Source: Octopus vulgaris (taxonomy: Eukaryota). Taken from it: 64,000 bases of DNA. Positions 26,201 to 41,108 of this stretch are shown here, piece by piece; the stretch's first letter is position 1; every line of letters starts with the position of its first letter. The stretch spans positions 63,178,001-63,242,000 of the forward strand of contig OX597820.1 of NCBI GenBank assembly GCA_951406725.2, in the 5' to 3' direction. The notes beneath the pieces were generated by a model, which saw nothing but the letters and a program-made list of their open reading frames with translations, searched no databases and was not told the DNA's origin. Position numbers and translations under genes: made by a program.

Positions 26201-26880
26201 GTACAATGACAACAATGAAAAGAGCGACAGGAACTTAAACAAAGGGGCCAATTAGAAATAACAGTCAACTGCCATCACGAGTATGTTTTTTGCATTTTAT
26301 ACAGCGAAAGGAAATGCGATAGATTATATTAGATAGTATAAGGCCAACACGAGGGATAGGCTACTGTTGGACTGCATTTTCATTATACGTTAAACCAATT
26401 TTGTTGAAGTGGGATTAATTGCAGACAACTTACAGAGTAAAAGCCAAATGCTTTGTTAAATGTATGATTCGATTCAATTTTAAAAGTAATTTCATTATTT
26501 TGATATTTCATTTTAAGCTTAATTTTAATTATTTTCAATATGTATATATTTTGAAAGTTAATCAAAAGATTACAAAGATTTGCCAAATTTAGAGAACTGC
26601 TACAGAAATCTATTGATCTATATAGAATTATACCTTATTTTTTGAATAACTACTACAATTAATTGTATTTTCCGTACAGAAACACTAATATACGCAAACG
26701 TGCACACAACTAAAGAAACATATACGACCAAAAGTTATTGGTGAGACTTCAAGTTCAATCCTCTTCAGCGACATAAAGTCATTGCACTGAATAACTTCTG
26801 CGAAGTTCTGCACGCTCAGTAATTAAAAGGTTTCGATGAGATCAACTAAAAGTATACGACAATCTGTGCAGCGTTCGTTC

Positions 26881-26936
26881 TATGTATGTATGTATGTATG
26901 TATGTATGTATGTATGTATGTATGTATGTATGTATG

Positions 26937-26970
<34 letters not shown>

Positions 26971-27085
26971 TGTATGTATGTATGTATGTATGTATGTATG
27001 TATGTGTGTATGTATGTATGTATGTGTGTATTTATATATGTATGTATGTATGTATATATGTATGTGTGTACATATGTATGTATGC
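26881..27085. repeat. (TATG)n microsatellite
   Basis: Directly visible. Confidence 0.97.
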
Positions 27086-27277
27086 ATGTAAGTAGGCCAG
27101 TATGTGAGTATCCCTCTGTATGAACAAAATGCAAGCCTATTCCTTTGACGATCGGGAGAAATGGAAAGTCTTTTACGTTTCAAGCCTACGCTCTTTAAGA
27201 GAAAGGATTAAGAGAAAATAAACAAATAAACAAATAAAAAGAGATGAAGAATACTTGTAGATTCCAGCGATCCACAC

Positions 27278-27351
<74 letters not shown>

Positions 27352-27499
27352 CTAAATATTTAAATTTTAAATAAGGTGTATTATTACCGTTATTAATGGT
27401 TTTAATAAGTTAATAATAAGGTGGCCAGCAAGTTCATACACTTACAGGCACAATGTAGGGCAAATTTAGATACAGTAGGGTATATAGTAGCACTTCCTA

Positions 27500-29340
27500 A
27501 AATCAGAGCCAAGACTCCAAAACTATTATAGACTCACAATAAAAATTACATGTAAGCAATGCATTGAACATAGTAGAGATAGGTTTACTTTTGATAGGCT
27601 TCTTTATTAAGACGAGCTTCTGTTGAGATCCACTCAGCAAACTTATACAGAGGGAATATATAGAACTGTGGTTGCAATTGTTTTGCACATGCATCAAATA
27701 TGATCGCTGAGATGTATCTGGCGATATTGTGGTGAAGCTATTTGTTTCCGGTGCACTGTACAGCGGTGACGGATAGAATTTTCTGTACTTCTGATATAAT
27801 CTTTTTGGCAGCCCGAGGATTTGATCACATAAATTAGATTTTCGGACGCACAAGTGAAATCTGATTTGATTGTAAAGTGTTGCACTTGTTTGAAATGGCA
27901 TTTTGACCCTTCCAAAAGGTTGGGGCATGTCCACAGTAAGAGCGATTACAATTTTTCCAGTTTTGCGTTGGCGGTATTTGGAAGTAATTTTGTATTTATT
28001 AGTATTTTCTTTCATGACTTGGGCTGTTTGTTGCTTTTGATTATTTTAAGGTAACGTAGAATTCTTTTCAGTTTAGGGTCCTTACCTAGTATTGGTAGGC
28101 TTTGCATGATTCTGTTCAATGCTTCTTTGTTTCTGGGGTTGTATGTTAATATGTAGCATAATGTTTTTTAGAGTAGGTTTGTTGTTGTCTTTTGTTTTTC
28201 TTAGTGCCTCAGTATTAATGGATTTCGCACCTTTTACCCCTTCGTTTATAAGTTGGTTTGGATAGTGCCTGTCCAGGAATATGTTTTTGAGTTCTTGTAA
28301 TCTTAAATCCCTGGCATTTTTCCCCGAAACGATAGTGCAGATCCTTCTCGCAAGATTGAAGGGGTGTTTGCTTTCGTATGTCTCGGGTGACAAGAGCTAA
28401 AGAGAAGGTATTGCTTAGCATCTGTCGTTTTATAAAAGATATCTGTTTCTAATATGTTGTTGTTGTTTGTGTGCTTTTTTAATAGTATGTCCAGGATGGT
28501 AGTTCTTCGTGGTTGTATTCTACAGTAAATTGAATGTTTGTGTTGATGCTGTTTACGAGTGTTTTGAATTCCAGGAATTTGTTTATGTTTTTATTCCATA
28601 GTATGAAACAATCGTCTAAAAGTCTCTTTCCATTTTCCGTTAAGAATTGGGCGAGAGAGTCTCCAAGTTTTAGCAGTGATTTCTGGTACATTGTTTGTTC
28701 TAAGACTCCCATTGTAAGATTGGCAATCGTAAGTGCTGCGTTCGTACCCATCGCAATTCCAGATTTTTGGCGGTAGAAGGTGGTATCAAACATGAAGTAA
28801 TTATTACGGAGGATACATTTTCTGGATTCAATGATGAATTCTTTGTTCATTCGTTCTTGTATTTCTTCTGGATATTGTTCCAGCCAGAATCGAATTGCTT
28901 CTAATTATGTGGTAGGTTGGAATCTAAGTTCATGACATCGAATGTAACCATGAATGGTTATTCCTCAGCCTGTTCTGGGAGGTGGTGCAACATATCCAAA
29001 TCATCTCTGATATAACCTTTAATGTGTTTTAGGTATGGCTTCAGGAGAATGTCTATGAAGCAACTTAATCGGTGGGTCTCAAAGGATGGGCCAGATATGA
29101 TGGGTCGTAATTTTAGGTCTCCTGGTATTGGTGTATGTATGTTTGCATTACGTTTTTGATGGTGTCGTCAATGCTTAGGATTTTGTGACTTTTAAGAAGA
29201 CCATAGAATATACTGGGTTTACATTTGAAATTTGTCATGGTATCTGTTTCTTTGTAAGGTCTTTTTCATGGGCTTGAACCAGTGGGAGTAGGTTTTTCAT
29301 TGTTTTTTGGAGAATTGTAGTTGTTGAGTTTTTCATACTA
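27500..29340 (-). mobile_element. Penelope-like retroelement, decayed RT plus GIY-YIG ORF
   Basis: Ordered motifs KPSIFYGLLKSHK, LKLRPIISGP, VTFDVMNL, NNYFMFDTTFYRQKSGIAMGT, RLLDDCFILW, IQFTVEY, PFNLARRICTIVS and FTCASENLIYVIKSSGCQKDYIRST, split by frameshifts. Confidence 0.9.
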
Positions 29341-30057
29341 TTCATAATAATTTAATATGATATTTGGAGTAGGATGTGTTCATGAATACAACTTCAATTC
29401 CTTTATCTGCTTAATTTATATATATGATGTTTTGCTTTGGAAAGATTTTTATAAGGCTTTAACTTTCATTGTAGTAGTATCTATGGAAGACCAGAGGAAT
29501 TCTTATTTGAATGGGCTTAAAGAGTGGTTGCAATTTAACATATAATTTAGTTATTGCAGTTTACTATTAATACCGATATAATGTACATTGTTTTATATCT
29601 TTCTTTGTTGTACTTTTATTAAAGTTAGTGCTTAATCCTGCCTATATATTGATTGATTGAAATAATGTGGTTATTAAACTTTTCCTTTTATATTATAATA
29701 CGGAAGACGGTAGGGGTTATAATTTTCATATGACGTAATCGAGTTGTCGCTGTTCAGTTACGTATTTAGGTGTGGATGTAATTTACTTACTGAATTCATT
29801 TATCGATACGGTTGAACACAGGGTAAATGTGTTCGAAATTTGCGGTCTCCTTGCATTGTTTATTCCGAAACAACAATTATTTTAGTGTTGTTCACATCGC
29901 TGGATTGAAGGGTACTGTCCAGGTGCCGAAACCATAGTGATATCCGTAGGGCAGCTGATGATGGAGATATGTTGCATTGTTGGAATAGCACTTTTTGTAT
30001 ATGTGGAATAGTATTATTGGATTGTTAGTATAGCTGTATTATACATATATATGTATT

Positions 30058-30102
<45 letters not shown>

Positions 30103-30162
30103 CAATGACAATTCTACCCCTTTTTTACTGACAATATAATGCTTTCTCTCCAAGAATTTGAA

Positions 30163-30225
<63 letters not shown>

Positions 30226-31289
30226 TATACATATATAACCCTCTCCATTCTGTCGATATCTAATCCTGTTCCAGTTCTTTTGAACCTGCTCACATCTAAT
30301 TCCCATTTGTGATTTATGCCTTAATATACATTGTACTCCTGAGGTGATAGGCGATGATGAGTGAAAGCAACGATTATATGAACGAAAATGAACGAAAATT
30401 ATCTAAGTATCTTAGCAAATCAACATAAATATATTTTTTTTACATGTCACAATAGAGACCTCTCAAGAAGTGAGTTGGCAGAGGAAATTACATTGAACAA
30501 CCACTCAGCCATTTAAAGAAGAGAAGTGTAAAAAGAAATATAACCATCAGCTTGCGCATCTCCCAATAAAAAATTGCAGTAGCTTCACTAGTATCCAACC
30601 AAATTGTTTAAACTAATTACAAAACAATTTACATGCATCTAAAGATTTTCATAGTGAAAAAAATGCACTTATCCTAGTTACTGAATCATATTTCACTTTG
30701 CTCCAACTCTCACTTACCACAACCTGCGTAAATTTAATCAACCTATAAGTACGCATTAACGACTGCGAGTAATAGAAATTGAATGCATGTTACCTACATT
30801 TCAGTATTCTCCCAAATGCTTTTGTTCAAAACGCGGCTTGTATGCTTGCAAGTAATGCGTTTATAGACCTAGGCTCTAATTTTTCACAACACAGCCATAC
30901 GTTTCGAAAGTAGTTGAAAATGTATCGACACAGAACTATCAAATGAAAATGCCCGAACTGAGAACAAGGCATATTGTGTACTATCCGACTTAGGACATTT
31001 GGCTTTATACATATTCGGGAAGGAAACATTGCGCTACGTGTTTACATTCCGAAGAATAGATGCGCTAATTTTTTCGAGACCAAACCTCAACAGAGAGTTT
31101 TTGAAAACTATCTCTCAGAAAATACGTAAGACAACGAAATCCTAGAGACACTATATTTCATTAAGATACCCCTTGAAGAAATATAGCCCGCGAAGAAACG
31201 CACACTTACAAGAATTATTACTAGATACGCAGGAAAGTACAGTCTAGAATTTTCTATCTGTGACAACGTGCTATCTCTGAAGCAGAAGA

Positions 31290-31420
31290 TCAACAGCAGT
31301 TGTTTTCACCACGAGTAAGGCTGTGACGATGGTCATAGATACTTTCATTTGGAGCCTTCATGAAGTGGATGGAGCGCTACAACAAATGCATTGAAATCAG
31401 AGGATCCTACTTTCAAGGAT
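31290..31420 (+). mobile_element. Mariner transposase extreme C-terminal remnant
   Basis: FMKWMERYNKCIEIRGSYFQG (31357-31419) matches the mariner WxxRxxKCIxxxGxYF terminus. Confidence 0.6.
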
Positions 31421-31704
31421 TTATTAGGTCTCTGAAATTAATAAATGTCTCCTCTGCAAAAGGTCTCACAAATTCTGGATTGCACTATTTTTATATATCT
31501 ATGTATATGTATACTATTAGATAATAAAATGAATGGTTTATAACTGGTAGCATACTGGTAAAGCACAATCACTTCTACAGTATTCGTTATGTATTTGGTT
31601 AATGAGAGACGGAAGATAGAAGTTACGAGAATTTTCATTAATCACTACAATTTTTTCGTCTCTAAAGGATAGAGTAGAAACAACTGTAGTGATTAAGAAA
31701 AAAA

Positions 31705-32076
<372 letters not shown>

Positions 32077-32482
32077 GTATGTGTGTGTGCCTTTGTCTAT
32101 GTATGGGCATGTGTCTGCATGTATGGAGTCTCTATGTATTTGCTTGCATGATGTGTCTATGTGTGTGTGAGGAAGTCCTACAATGTATGCCACAATAAAT
32201 ACCTCATCCACCATCAATATCTATTTCGTCATTATATATCAATTTCCATATTGTTATTAATAGTATTATTATCATAGCTACTGTTTACTACATGTTGCTT
32301 CTTCTTATTTTTTATAGTTGTTATAGTTATAGTTTTATAGTATGATCTGCACTGGGCACATTAATTTACTTGTTCTTCCCATCGTTATGGCTGGCATGCG
32401 AACCATCTTAGCTCGTTTTTATTCTCCTATCTCTTCTTAGTACTATTGTTCTTTATTATTACCACTATTGATATGATTGGTA

Positions 32483-32570
<88 letters not shown>

Positions 32571-32846
32571 GTATACACCAACACGCTTGCCGAAACCTAA
32601 GTTCACTTGGAAGCAGCAACATATCGTGGCGATACTTTACTGAATTGCCCTCCACACGAACAGAACTTGAAATAACTTTGAAGTGACACACATACACACA
32701 GACACATATACACCTCCACACACAAACATACACACACATTCGCACATATGTATGCACAAATATATGCATATATGTGTATATAACTCTACACATATATGTA
32801 TGTATGTATGTATATATATATGTATGTATATATGTATGTATGTATG

Positions 32847-32897
<51 letters not shown>

Positions 32898-33250
32898 TCC
32901 TATGTTTGTTTGTACGAAGTTATGTATACATAAACACACAAAACTTACAAATATATGTATGTGATTTTCGCCGGGCTGGAATACCGGTCTCTAAACTGGA
33001 AATAGGCGGCGTATTTGCTGCCAGAGAGCATAGACCCGGAGAAAAGATACCAAAAGGCATAATGTGTAATCCTTTAATAGATCTGCCAATTCAGACCGTT
33101 TTATACAGTAACTGTCTCGGGAAGTTTTTAAGCAAGTGCCCAAATATTCCTGCGTATCATTCTGTATGGCAACACACCAGCTGGCGAGAGAAAATGCATG
33201 TGAAATCTAATACTATGGTATAAAATTAAACTTGCTCACGCATATATATA

Positions 33251-33322
<72 letters not shown>

Positions 33323-33343
33323 ATATGTATGTATGAATGTATT

Positions 33344-33412
<69 letters not shown>

Positions 33413-33989
33413 TTGGATGCATAGATAGATACACACACATATATATCTTATCAAATGTATATGTATGTGTGTTTGTGTCACTTTAGATAGTGAGCAGATA
33501 GAAAAAGTGAAAGATTTGTATACTTCACTATAGTGAATGTTTGTGTGACAATAATGGAAGCTTTATATATGTGTGAGTGTATATAGAGAGCGGTTCTATG
33601 CACGCGTTCGTGTTGGTGTATGTTCGAAACTATTATTTCAATAGAGGCGAAATGTAATACATGATATAAAATAAGTTCGTGTCTGAGAGTTTCGGTACAA
33701 CTTTTCCTTTTCTAGTAAACGGTCGAGCTTAAATAGCTTAAAACTAATTCACATATTTTGTTTGTTCCAGCATAACTGCACTTGAAAGACGGAAACAATT
33801 GAAATGTAGGCGATATATATGTGTGTTCATATCTATATATCTATGCACATGCACACACAAAAATGCGCATACGTAGGCATATATTCATATATGTACGTAT
33901 ATGTGTATATTTGTGAGTTTGCATTTATATATATATATGCATATATAGGCATACCTGTACGTATGTAAAAATACAGAAGCAGAGAAACG

Positions 33990-34050
<61 letters not shown>

Positions 34051-34861
34051 CGTATATCAGTCCGTAGCAATGGAATAACTGTTTGTATACATACACAGTA
34101 TATGTTTATATAAGCTTATATTCTGGAAATTTTCATTGATAAAGACGAGCAGGTTTTTTTATAGAAAAATCTGATGAATGCAGGCAGCCTCACCTAAGAA
34201 GAATATTGTTTTCATATATATTCTGTAATAATAAGTATAGGAGCCTCAAATGTCATACAATTGGTTGTCAAAGATGGTTGACATTCCATTGGAAATAAAT
34301 ATAATATATATTCACCGAACACTTCACAGGTCTTTTCAGGAATTTATTCAATTATATTCTTTATGTGAACATTAATCCACATACTTTTCAAGCCAGTGAA
34401 CATTCAGTGGGTACATAATAGATTCCATCACTGAAAGAGGTTCAAATTGGATAAAGAATAAATGGCTTCTTACATTGATAGAATCCCCTCAGATTTTCTT
34501 CTATTTGAATGGGATTCCCAAGGCTGTGCTATTCCTCGCGTTATCAGTGATGTTTGTCAGGGATTACCGTACCACTATTACTATAAATACGCTGTTATGT
34601 TGACTATGTATAAGAATAATGCTTTAAAAAATGAATTCGATGCTAATCGAGTCATCTATTTACTTTTTATCCATCGGGAATTATGTTCCAGGTTTTTATA
34701 TTTTCTTTTATTTTTATTTGAGACATTTTTTTATTATATTTATGTGTAGCTTTAGAAAGACGACACATTCTGTTCTTTCATCGTCGATATCACAGACATT
34801 AGGAACTGCATGTTCATTTTTATCGTCTTCTTTTACAAAATTGGACAACATACATCTGCAT

Positions 34862-34961
<100 letters not shown>

Positions 34962-35197
34962 CTATCTTATCTATCTGCTCACAATGGACGGACGCTAGTC
35001 ATATCGGCTCCACGTAAGTTGGCCACTTCTACATGTTTAAAACTCCTTGTTGTCAAATATTTTGTTTTAATCGTTGTGCAAGTTCATTCACTAAAAAACC
35101 TGAGAATTATTCACGTAGAATTCCGCCCCTGTATGGGCGAAATTACAAAAAACTTTCAAAACTTTCGTGGGTTTTTTAGCCATTTTTCATTTTTAAA

Positions 35198-37193
35198 ATG
35201 GCAACTAGAAACCACGTGGCTAGCCCGCCAGTCATGCAGAACGGTAGCAAAACACTATTGCTACCACTAGCTGCTAAACATCGCAGGGTGAACACCGCTG
35301 TCACCACCATCACTACCACCACCAACAACAACAACAAAACTAACGTCGCATTCACCATCGCCGCGACCAAAGACATTAACTTAGATTTCCCCTCACTCCC
35401 CACACCACTTGTTGATGATAAAGGGACGGAGAAAGGGATTTCAAAAATGAATACAAACGAAAACATGAATGCCAGCACCACCACCATCACCACCAACAAC
35501 AACAACAACGAAATTGGCACAAAGCCGCCTACCAAAGACAACACCGCCAACACCAACACCACTACTACGACGTCAAATGCTACATCTAAGCCTTCTGCTG
35601 CTAATACCGCCAACACCAACACCACTACCATGACTTCACCTGCCACAATTAACACTTCTACTGCCAAATTCAAAACGAATTTTGCGGACGTAACAAAACA
35701 AAAAAGAACAATTGTAACATTCACCACACAAGAGATAAACCGCACAAAGGCACTCTTCTCCAAAGAAGGAGACAAATTGCACCTTCACATTCCACAACAC
35801 ATCGTGGAAAACACACACAAAAAAACAATAATTTATAAAGTAATAAACAAGAAAACAAGAAGAACAGAAAATGCACCGCAGGAAAAAATCGAAAAATGCC
35901 TTCGTCCTGCATGGGACTCCAAGGAATATATCAGTTGGGGAAACAAATTTGGTACAGTCCAAGTACGTTTCCTCAACGAAAGTTTAGCAAAACGTTTTTC
36001 CACATTGGAGCTGCATTCGGACGACTTGGTAATGATACCAATCTATTTAAACAAAAGGGTCACGAAAGTCCAAATAAAAAACATACCACTTGAAGTCGAA
36101 ACACAATGGTTGGTCTCTGCCATCTGCTTTGAAATGACAGAGACAATGTCAGAGACAAACATCCTTGAAATCGCGGTTCTAGGAGAGAAAGACTATGTGG
36201 GCAAATCAATCGAATTCCTGCTTCAATTGGATGAAGCAGCAAGAGAGAAGATACCCACCGCTATAGAACTGCCAGGAGGCTACAAACTCTATATAGTGGT
36301 AGAGGGCAGGCGACCACGCTGCTATTTGTATGGAAGCGAAACACACTTGAAAAAGACGTGCCCAACCACTGCACACCAAGAGCAACAACAACAACCACTA
36401 CCACAACCAAAGCACTCCGGAAAAAAGCTCTACTACCCACACCACCATCAACACAGAAGACGACAAGAGAAGCACACCAAGCTAATCCGTCATCAACCAA
36501 AAACCACTCAACACCTGAAAAAATACCAACACCACCAACAACAGCAAAACCCAAAGGAACAGAAAAACAAAGAAAACACACACAAACTGATCCCCCATCC
36601 CTTATACCGCACTCAACACACACAAACACTCAACAACCAACAACAACGAAAACAACAACACAACCACTTACACAGACATACATAGAAGCCCACAACATAC
36701 CCCTACCCCTACTGATTCCTCAGAAATTTCGTCGGAAGACGAAACCAGTGAGGAATGGCAAATAGCTACAAAAAGAAGGAAAATAAAGAGCAGAAACACA
36801 ACCAAACCAAATGCAAACACGAACAAAGCAGGGGGAAATACATCTCACGAAGACATTTCAAAACCCAACGCAAACAACAGCCACACCAACACCACAAAAA
36901 TATATACAGCAAACATGCTCACAGCTATAGACACCAAAAACACAAATTTGATGGAATACATCCAATCAAAAACAAACATAACAGAAGATGACATAAAAAC
37001 AAACAATCACCCATACACAACACCACCAGACCACATCAAAATATTACACATCTCCAAAAGTCTGCACCACACACTCAAAGGCATTTTCCCCAGCGCGGTT
37101 GGTAAATGCCAAAAATATCTCACAAAGAAACTGTACTGGGATCTCCTCGAGGACAAACCAAAAGAGGAGAAAGCAAAAACTTTCGAGCAGTAA
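35198..37193 (+). CDS. Tx1-like ORF1 (nucleic-acid binding, zinc knuckle), with two apparent frameshifts
   Basis: KVQIKNIPLEV (RRM-like) and IVVEGRRPRCYLYGSETHLKKTCP (CX2CX4HX4C with C>Y). Continues through frames 36358-36765 and 36915-37193, with shifts near 36390 and 36710. Confidence 0.75.
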
Positions 37194-37237
37194 GTAACCC
37201 TCTGTTCCTTTCACTTGTATTCTAATTCATTAGGACT

Positions 37238-40200
37238 ATGATCAAGATTGGTTGTGTAAATGCGCGTGGCTTGGGGTCCCCTTGGAAACAAGGGTACCTC
37301 TTAAATGACATAAAGTCACATAAGTTAGAAATCATAGCCATAAGTGAGACCAGACTCCACAATCCGCGGGCCCTAAAGACCATGTTTGGCGGACAGTTCA
37401 ACATTTATTTTTCCCCCTGTCTGCCGAGAATGGGCGGTAGTGGCACCGCGGTACTTTTTCACAAGAGTCTGGATCTCAAAGTAAGGACAATATTCGTAGA
37501 CCCGGAGGGTAGACTGGTCGTCCTGGATGTCGACGGCAGCAATGGGTGCGCTTTTCGACTCGTATCAGTCTACACACCGCCCTTAACAGGTCGGGCGGAT
37601 TTCTTTCAACGTCTAGAAGTATTCTTGGGAACGTCTCGTCCTTTACTCTTAGTGGGGGATTTGAATGCTACCTTGGACACGCATGTAGACTACGTGGGTA
37701 GAGAATAGACGGGGATGCAAATGCCTCAGAGACCTGCTCAGACGCTTTCAACTGTCTGACAAGTTCCGACTAGACCACCCGAATGCGCCAACGTGGACAT
37801 GGAGCAACCGCATCGGGTCGTCGAGATCGTATCTAGATAGGATACTGTGTAGGACAGTAGACAGAGATAGCATAGGATGTCCACAATTCCACATAGTCAG
37901 CTACACGGATCACAAACTTGTGACATGTACGCTAGACTTAGGTAAGACACTTAGGCAGGGTCCTGGATACTGGAAACTAAACGCGACTTTCCCATCGAGA
38001 CAGGTTTTCAGAGACCGGATTAGCACACTAGTAAAGAGGGCTTTGACGGGAGCCATCATCAACAACAAATGGTGGTTTGCCCTCAAGAGAGCAGTAAAAG
38101 CAGAAGCGATTAGGTACAGCAAAGCACTAGCCATAGATAGAAATAGAGTAGAGGGTGAGCTAGTTAAGAAGCTAGAAGAGGCAATTAGAAGCGGCATCGC
38201 ATCCGACGTTTTGGCGGCGAGGTTGGTCCTCGACCAACACTTCAACGCCAAACACGAAGGATGTGCTGTCAGAGCTAGGATGCGTGCTCTAAGGAACGAA
38301 GGTGTTGGAGCCGCGAGAGAGGCCCGGGTGGCAGAGGCGCAACAGGGCAACAAAGCCACCATTCGGTCCCTGGTAGATGAACAGGGGCGCGAATTGCTCG
38401 AGCCAAGTAAAATGTGTGAGGCCTTTCAGCAGCATTTTGCCCGACTGTTCGGAACGAGTGGAGGGCAAGAACGTAGGGTGGACTTCAGTGCCTACCTACA
38501 TAGCCTACCACGACTCTCGACAAGAAAGGCAGGGTGCTGCGAAGGTGCCATCACGGCGGCGGAAGTGCAGGAAGCGATGGCAGAATGCTCGAGGGACAAA
38601 TCACCGGGTTTGGATGGTCTACCCTACGAGCTTTACAATTGTATGCCAGACTTGTTTGGAGATCTCTTGGCGGCGGTGTACTGCAACTGGCAGAAAAACG
38701 GGAGCATTCCTGGTTTTGTGAGCCGAGGAGCCGTAACACTGCTGAAGAAAGATCTAAACAAGGGAAATGTAATAGATAACTTTAGGCCCATCACTCTGCT
38801 TATTGCAGACTTGAAAATTTTGGCCAAGGTGCTAGCCAAGAGGTTGGCGCTTGTCATCGAGAAACTGGTCGACAGGGCGCAAACATGCGCCGTGCCAGGC
38901 CGGACCATCCATGACAAACTCCACCTGATGCGCTACATCATAGACAGGATAGTTAACGAACCTGGCATGGGTGGGGCGCTGATCAATTTGGATCAATCGA
39001 AAGCTTTCGATAGGGTGGACCATCGATACTTGGAGGCGGTCCTCGGAGCGGCTGGCTTCGGTCCCGTCTTCCGCGGCTGGATAGCCGCTTTGTACAGAGG
39101 CATCCGTTCGGTAATTCGCGTGAATGGACATCTATCGAGACCCTTCGACATCGCACGTTCGGTCCGTCAGGGATGCCCCCTCTCGTCGCTTCTATACGTA
39201 TTGACTCTCGAGCCATTATTGCGGAAGCTGGCAACCTTGAGAGGCATCCCGCGAGAACTGGGATGCGGGACGAGCGTGTCTGCATACGCGGACGACGTCA
39301 CCGTCATAGTGTCTAGCCACGAGCACATCGAGCAGGTCGGCGAGACACTGAAAAACTACGAAGCGGTGACAGGAGCGAAAATCAACCGGGAAAAGTCAGT
39401 GGGCTTGCGACTAGGCACCTGGAGAAGCAAGCCCATGCCGTCCACCAGCGCCTCCGTCGTGGGACGCTGGACCGACGACCCGGTTGAGTTGCTCGGGGTC
39501 TGGTTTGGTCCGGACCTCCAAGTGGAGAAGAACTGGAACGAGATAACGAGTAGGGTGGTCACTCTCGCCCGGCAATGGGCCGAGAGGAAACTGTCCCTAA
39601 AAGGTCGGAAGGAGGTGGCGAACACGTACATCGCGTCCGTCATCTACTACCGCCTGACCGTCGTACCTTGTCCCGACCCTACCATCACCAAACTACAACG
39701 CATTCTCTTTCGCTTCTTGTGGAAAGGATGCGTCCCGATGGTCAGGCGATCCATTTGCTGTCAACACCCGTTAAAAGGAGGGCTGGGCATGTCGTGGTTG
39801 ATGATGCGCAGACACGCGCTGAGACTGCGACATCTCTGGCTCTATGTAGACGACGGTGAGCAGGTGTGGTCGCCGTTTGTGAGGCACGCTTTCCCGCAGC
39901 TCGTCTCCATGACCGAACTGCAGTCGTGGATCAAAAAGAGGCCGAAGAAGGGCGAATGGCACCGCGAGTGTCGCGTTGCTCTCAAGCAACTCTGCCGTCC
40001 TGGGTCGACCTTGAGTGACTTCATCACAACCAAAGCATTCTATTGGGGTTTAGTGGAGGGGAGGTACGACGACGAGCTCGGGGCGAACCTGGACGTCGAC
40101 GAGGAGTACCTGACCCGCCTATTCAGGACGACTTTCGGGCCAGGGCCCATGGACAACTTCCAGAGATCCCTGGCCTGGCAGTGCTACCGAGAAGCGCTAC

Positions 40201-40670
40201 CCGTTCGGGATAAGCTCTACAGACACGGCTCGAGAAACACGGGGCCGACCTGCCCGAGATGCGGTCAGAGCGACGAAACCGTTCTGCACGCACTCGTGCA
40301 GTGTCCGACAATTTCCGACCTGTGGGCTTATGTCGAACAACTGCTGTCACGTGTGGGACGAGTCGGTTTATCAGCTGAGTCTATCGTCAATATTGTCACG
40401 CCTCCCTCCTTCAAACGGGAAGGAAGAGCTATTTTCATCATCCTTGTGGCTATGGCGAAAGAATGTATCTGGTGGACGCGTCTGAAAGGATTGGAGACAA
40501 ACACTTTCCTCTCTGGTCAATCTCTCATCAACTTCTTCAAGTACCACTTGAAAAGGAAAGTGAGAGTAGAGAGGCAAGTTTTGTCTAGCGAATGTTTTAA
40601 AAAAAGATGGGTGAATGTAGCAAGAATGGCACGTATGAATGACGAAGCCACCTTGAGCATGATCCTATGA
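37238..40670 (+). CDS. ORF2: APE endonuclease, reverse transcriptase and C-terminal CCHC; one frameshift near 37700
   Basis: NARGL, ISETRL, VGDLNA, then in the shifted frame TWTW..SYLDRIL..YTDHKLV. RT motifs KSPGLDGL, FRPITLL, DQSKAFDRVDH, VRQGCPLS, YADD; C-terminal CPRCGQSDETVLHALVQC. Confidence 0.93.
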
Positions 40671-41063
40671 ACCCAGAAATTGAAAACAGAGAGTTGCTTA
40701 TTCGCAAAAAAAAAAAAAAAAGAAATATAACATGTGACTCCATTGACCGAGGTTACCGTGGTCTTTTCCGTAGGCTTTTCTTTCCACGGGTAAACCTCAC
40801 CTGTCCTCCCCTTTACACTTCATATTGACATTTCTGTGATAACGATCCCTATTGATCAATTTTTTTTTCCTCTCCCCCTTTTTTTTAACCCCCTTTTTTT
40901 TGTCCTCTTTCTCTCCTTTTACGATCCCTTTTGATCGAAACTCCGCCTTCCTTTTTTTTTTTTTTTTTTTTTAAACCTTCAAAAGAAAAGCTCTACCTTG
41001 TAATTTGTTCTATCTGTGTGCAGCCCTGTGTGGCTAATAAAGAAACATATCTATCTATCTACC

Positions 41064-41108
<45 letters not shown>

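Larger units (their letters stand above)
34977..41046 (+). mobile_element. Near full-length (~6.07 kb) L1-group, Tx1-clade non-LTR retrotransposon inserted in a (TATC)n tract
   Basis: 5' UTR, ORF1, ORF2 (APE-RT-CCHC) and a pyrimidine-rich 3' UTR with AATAAA at 41036-41041. Same-orientation (TATC)n on both flanks (34862-34976, 41048-41110). Confidence 0.92.

Noticed and set aside
29895-29975. Hammerhead-like GGTAC..GTGCC-GAAAC and a nearby CTGATGA upstream of the PLE
   Set aside because: The core is incomplete and the parts cannot be assembled into one fold. Counted only as a partial motif.
34150-34860. Protein-like minus-strand frames (e.g. MESIMYPLNVHWLE, NVCDIDDERTECVVFLK)
   Set aside because: Short, with no consistent exon chain or family recognised; could be chance.
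35176-40577. Minus-strand and alternate-frame ORFs overlapping the Tx1 element
   Set aside because: Shadows of biased or GC-rich coding sequence, with no recognisable motifs.
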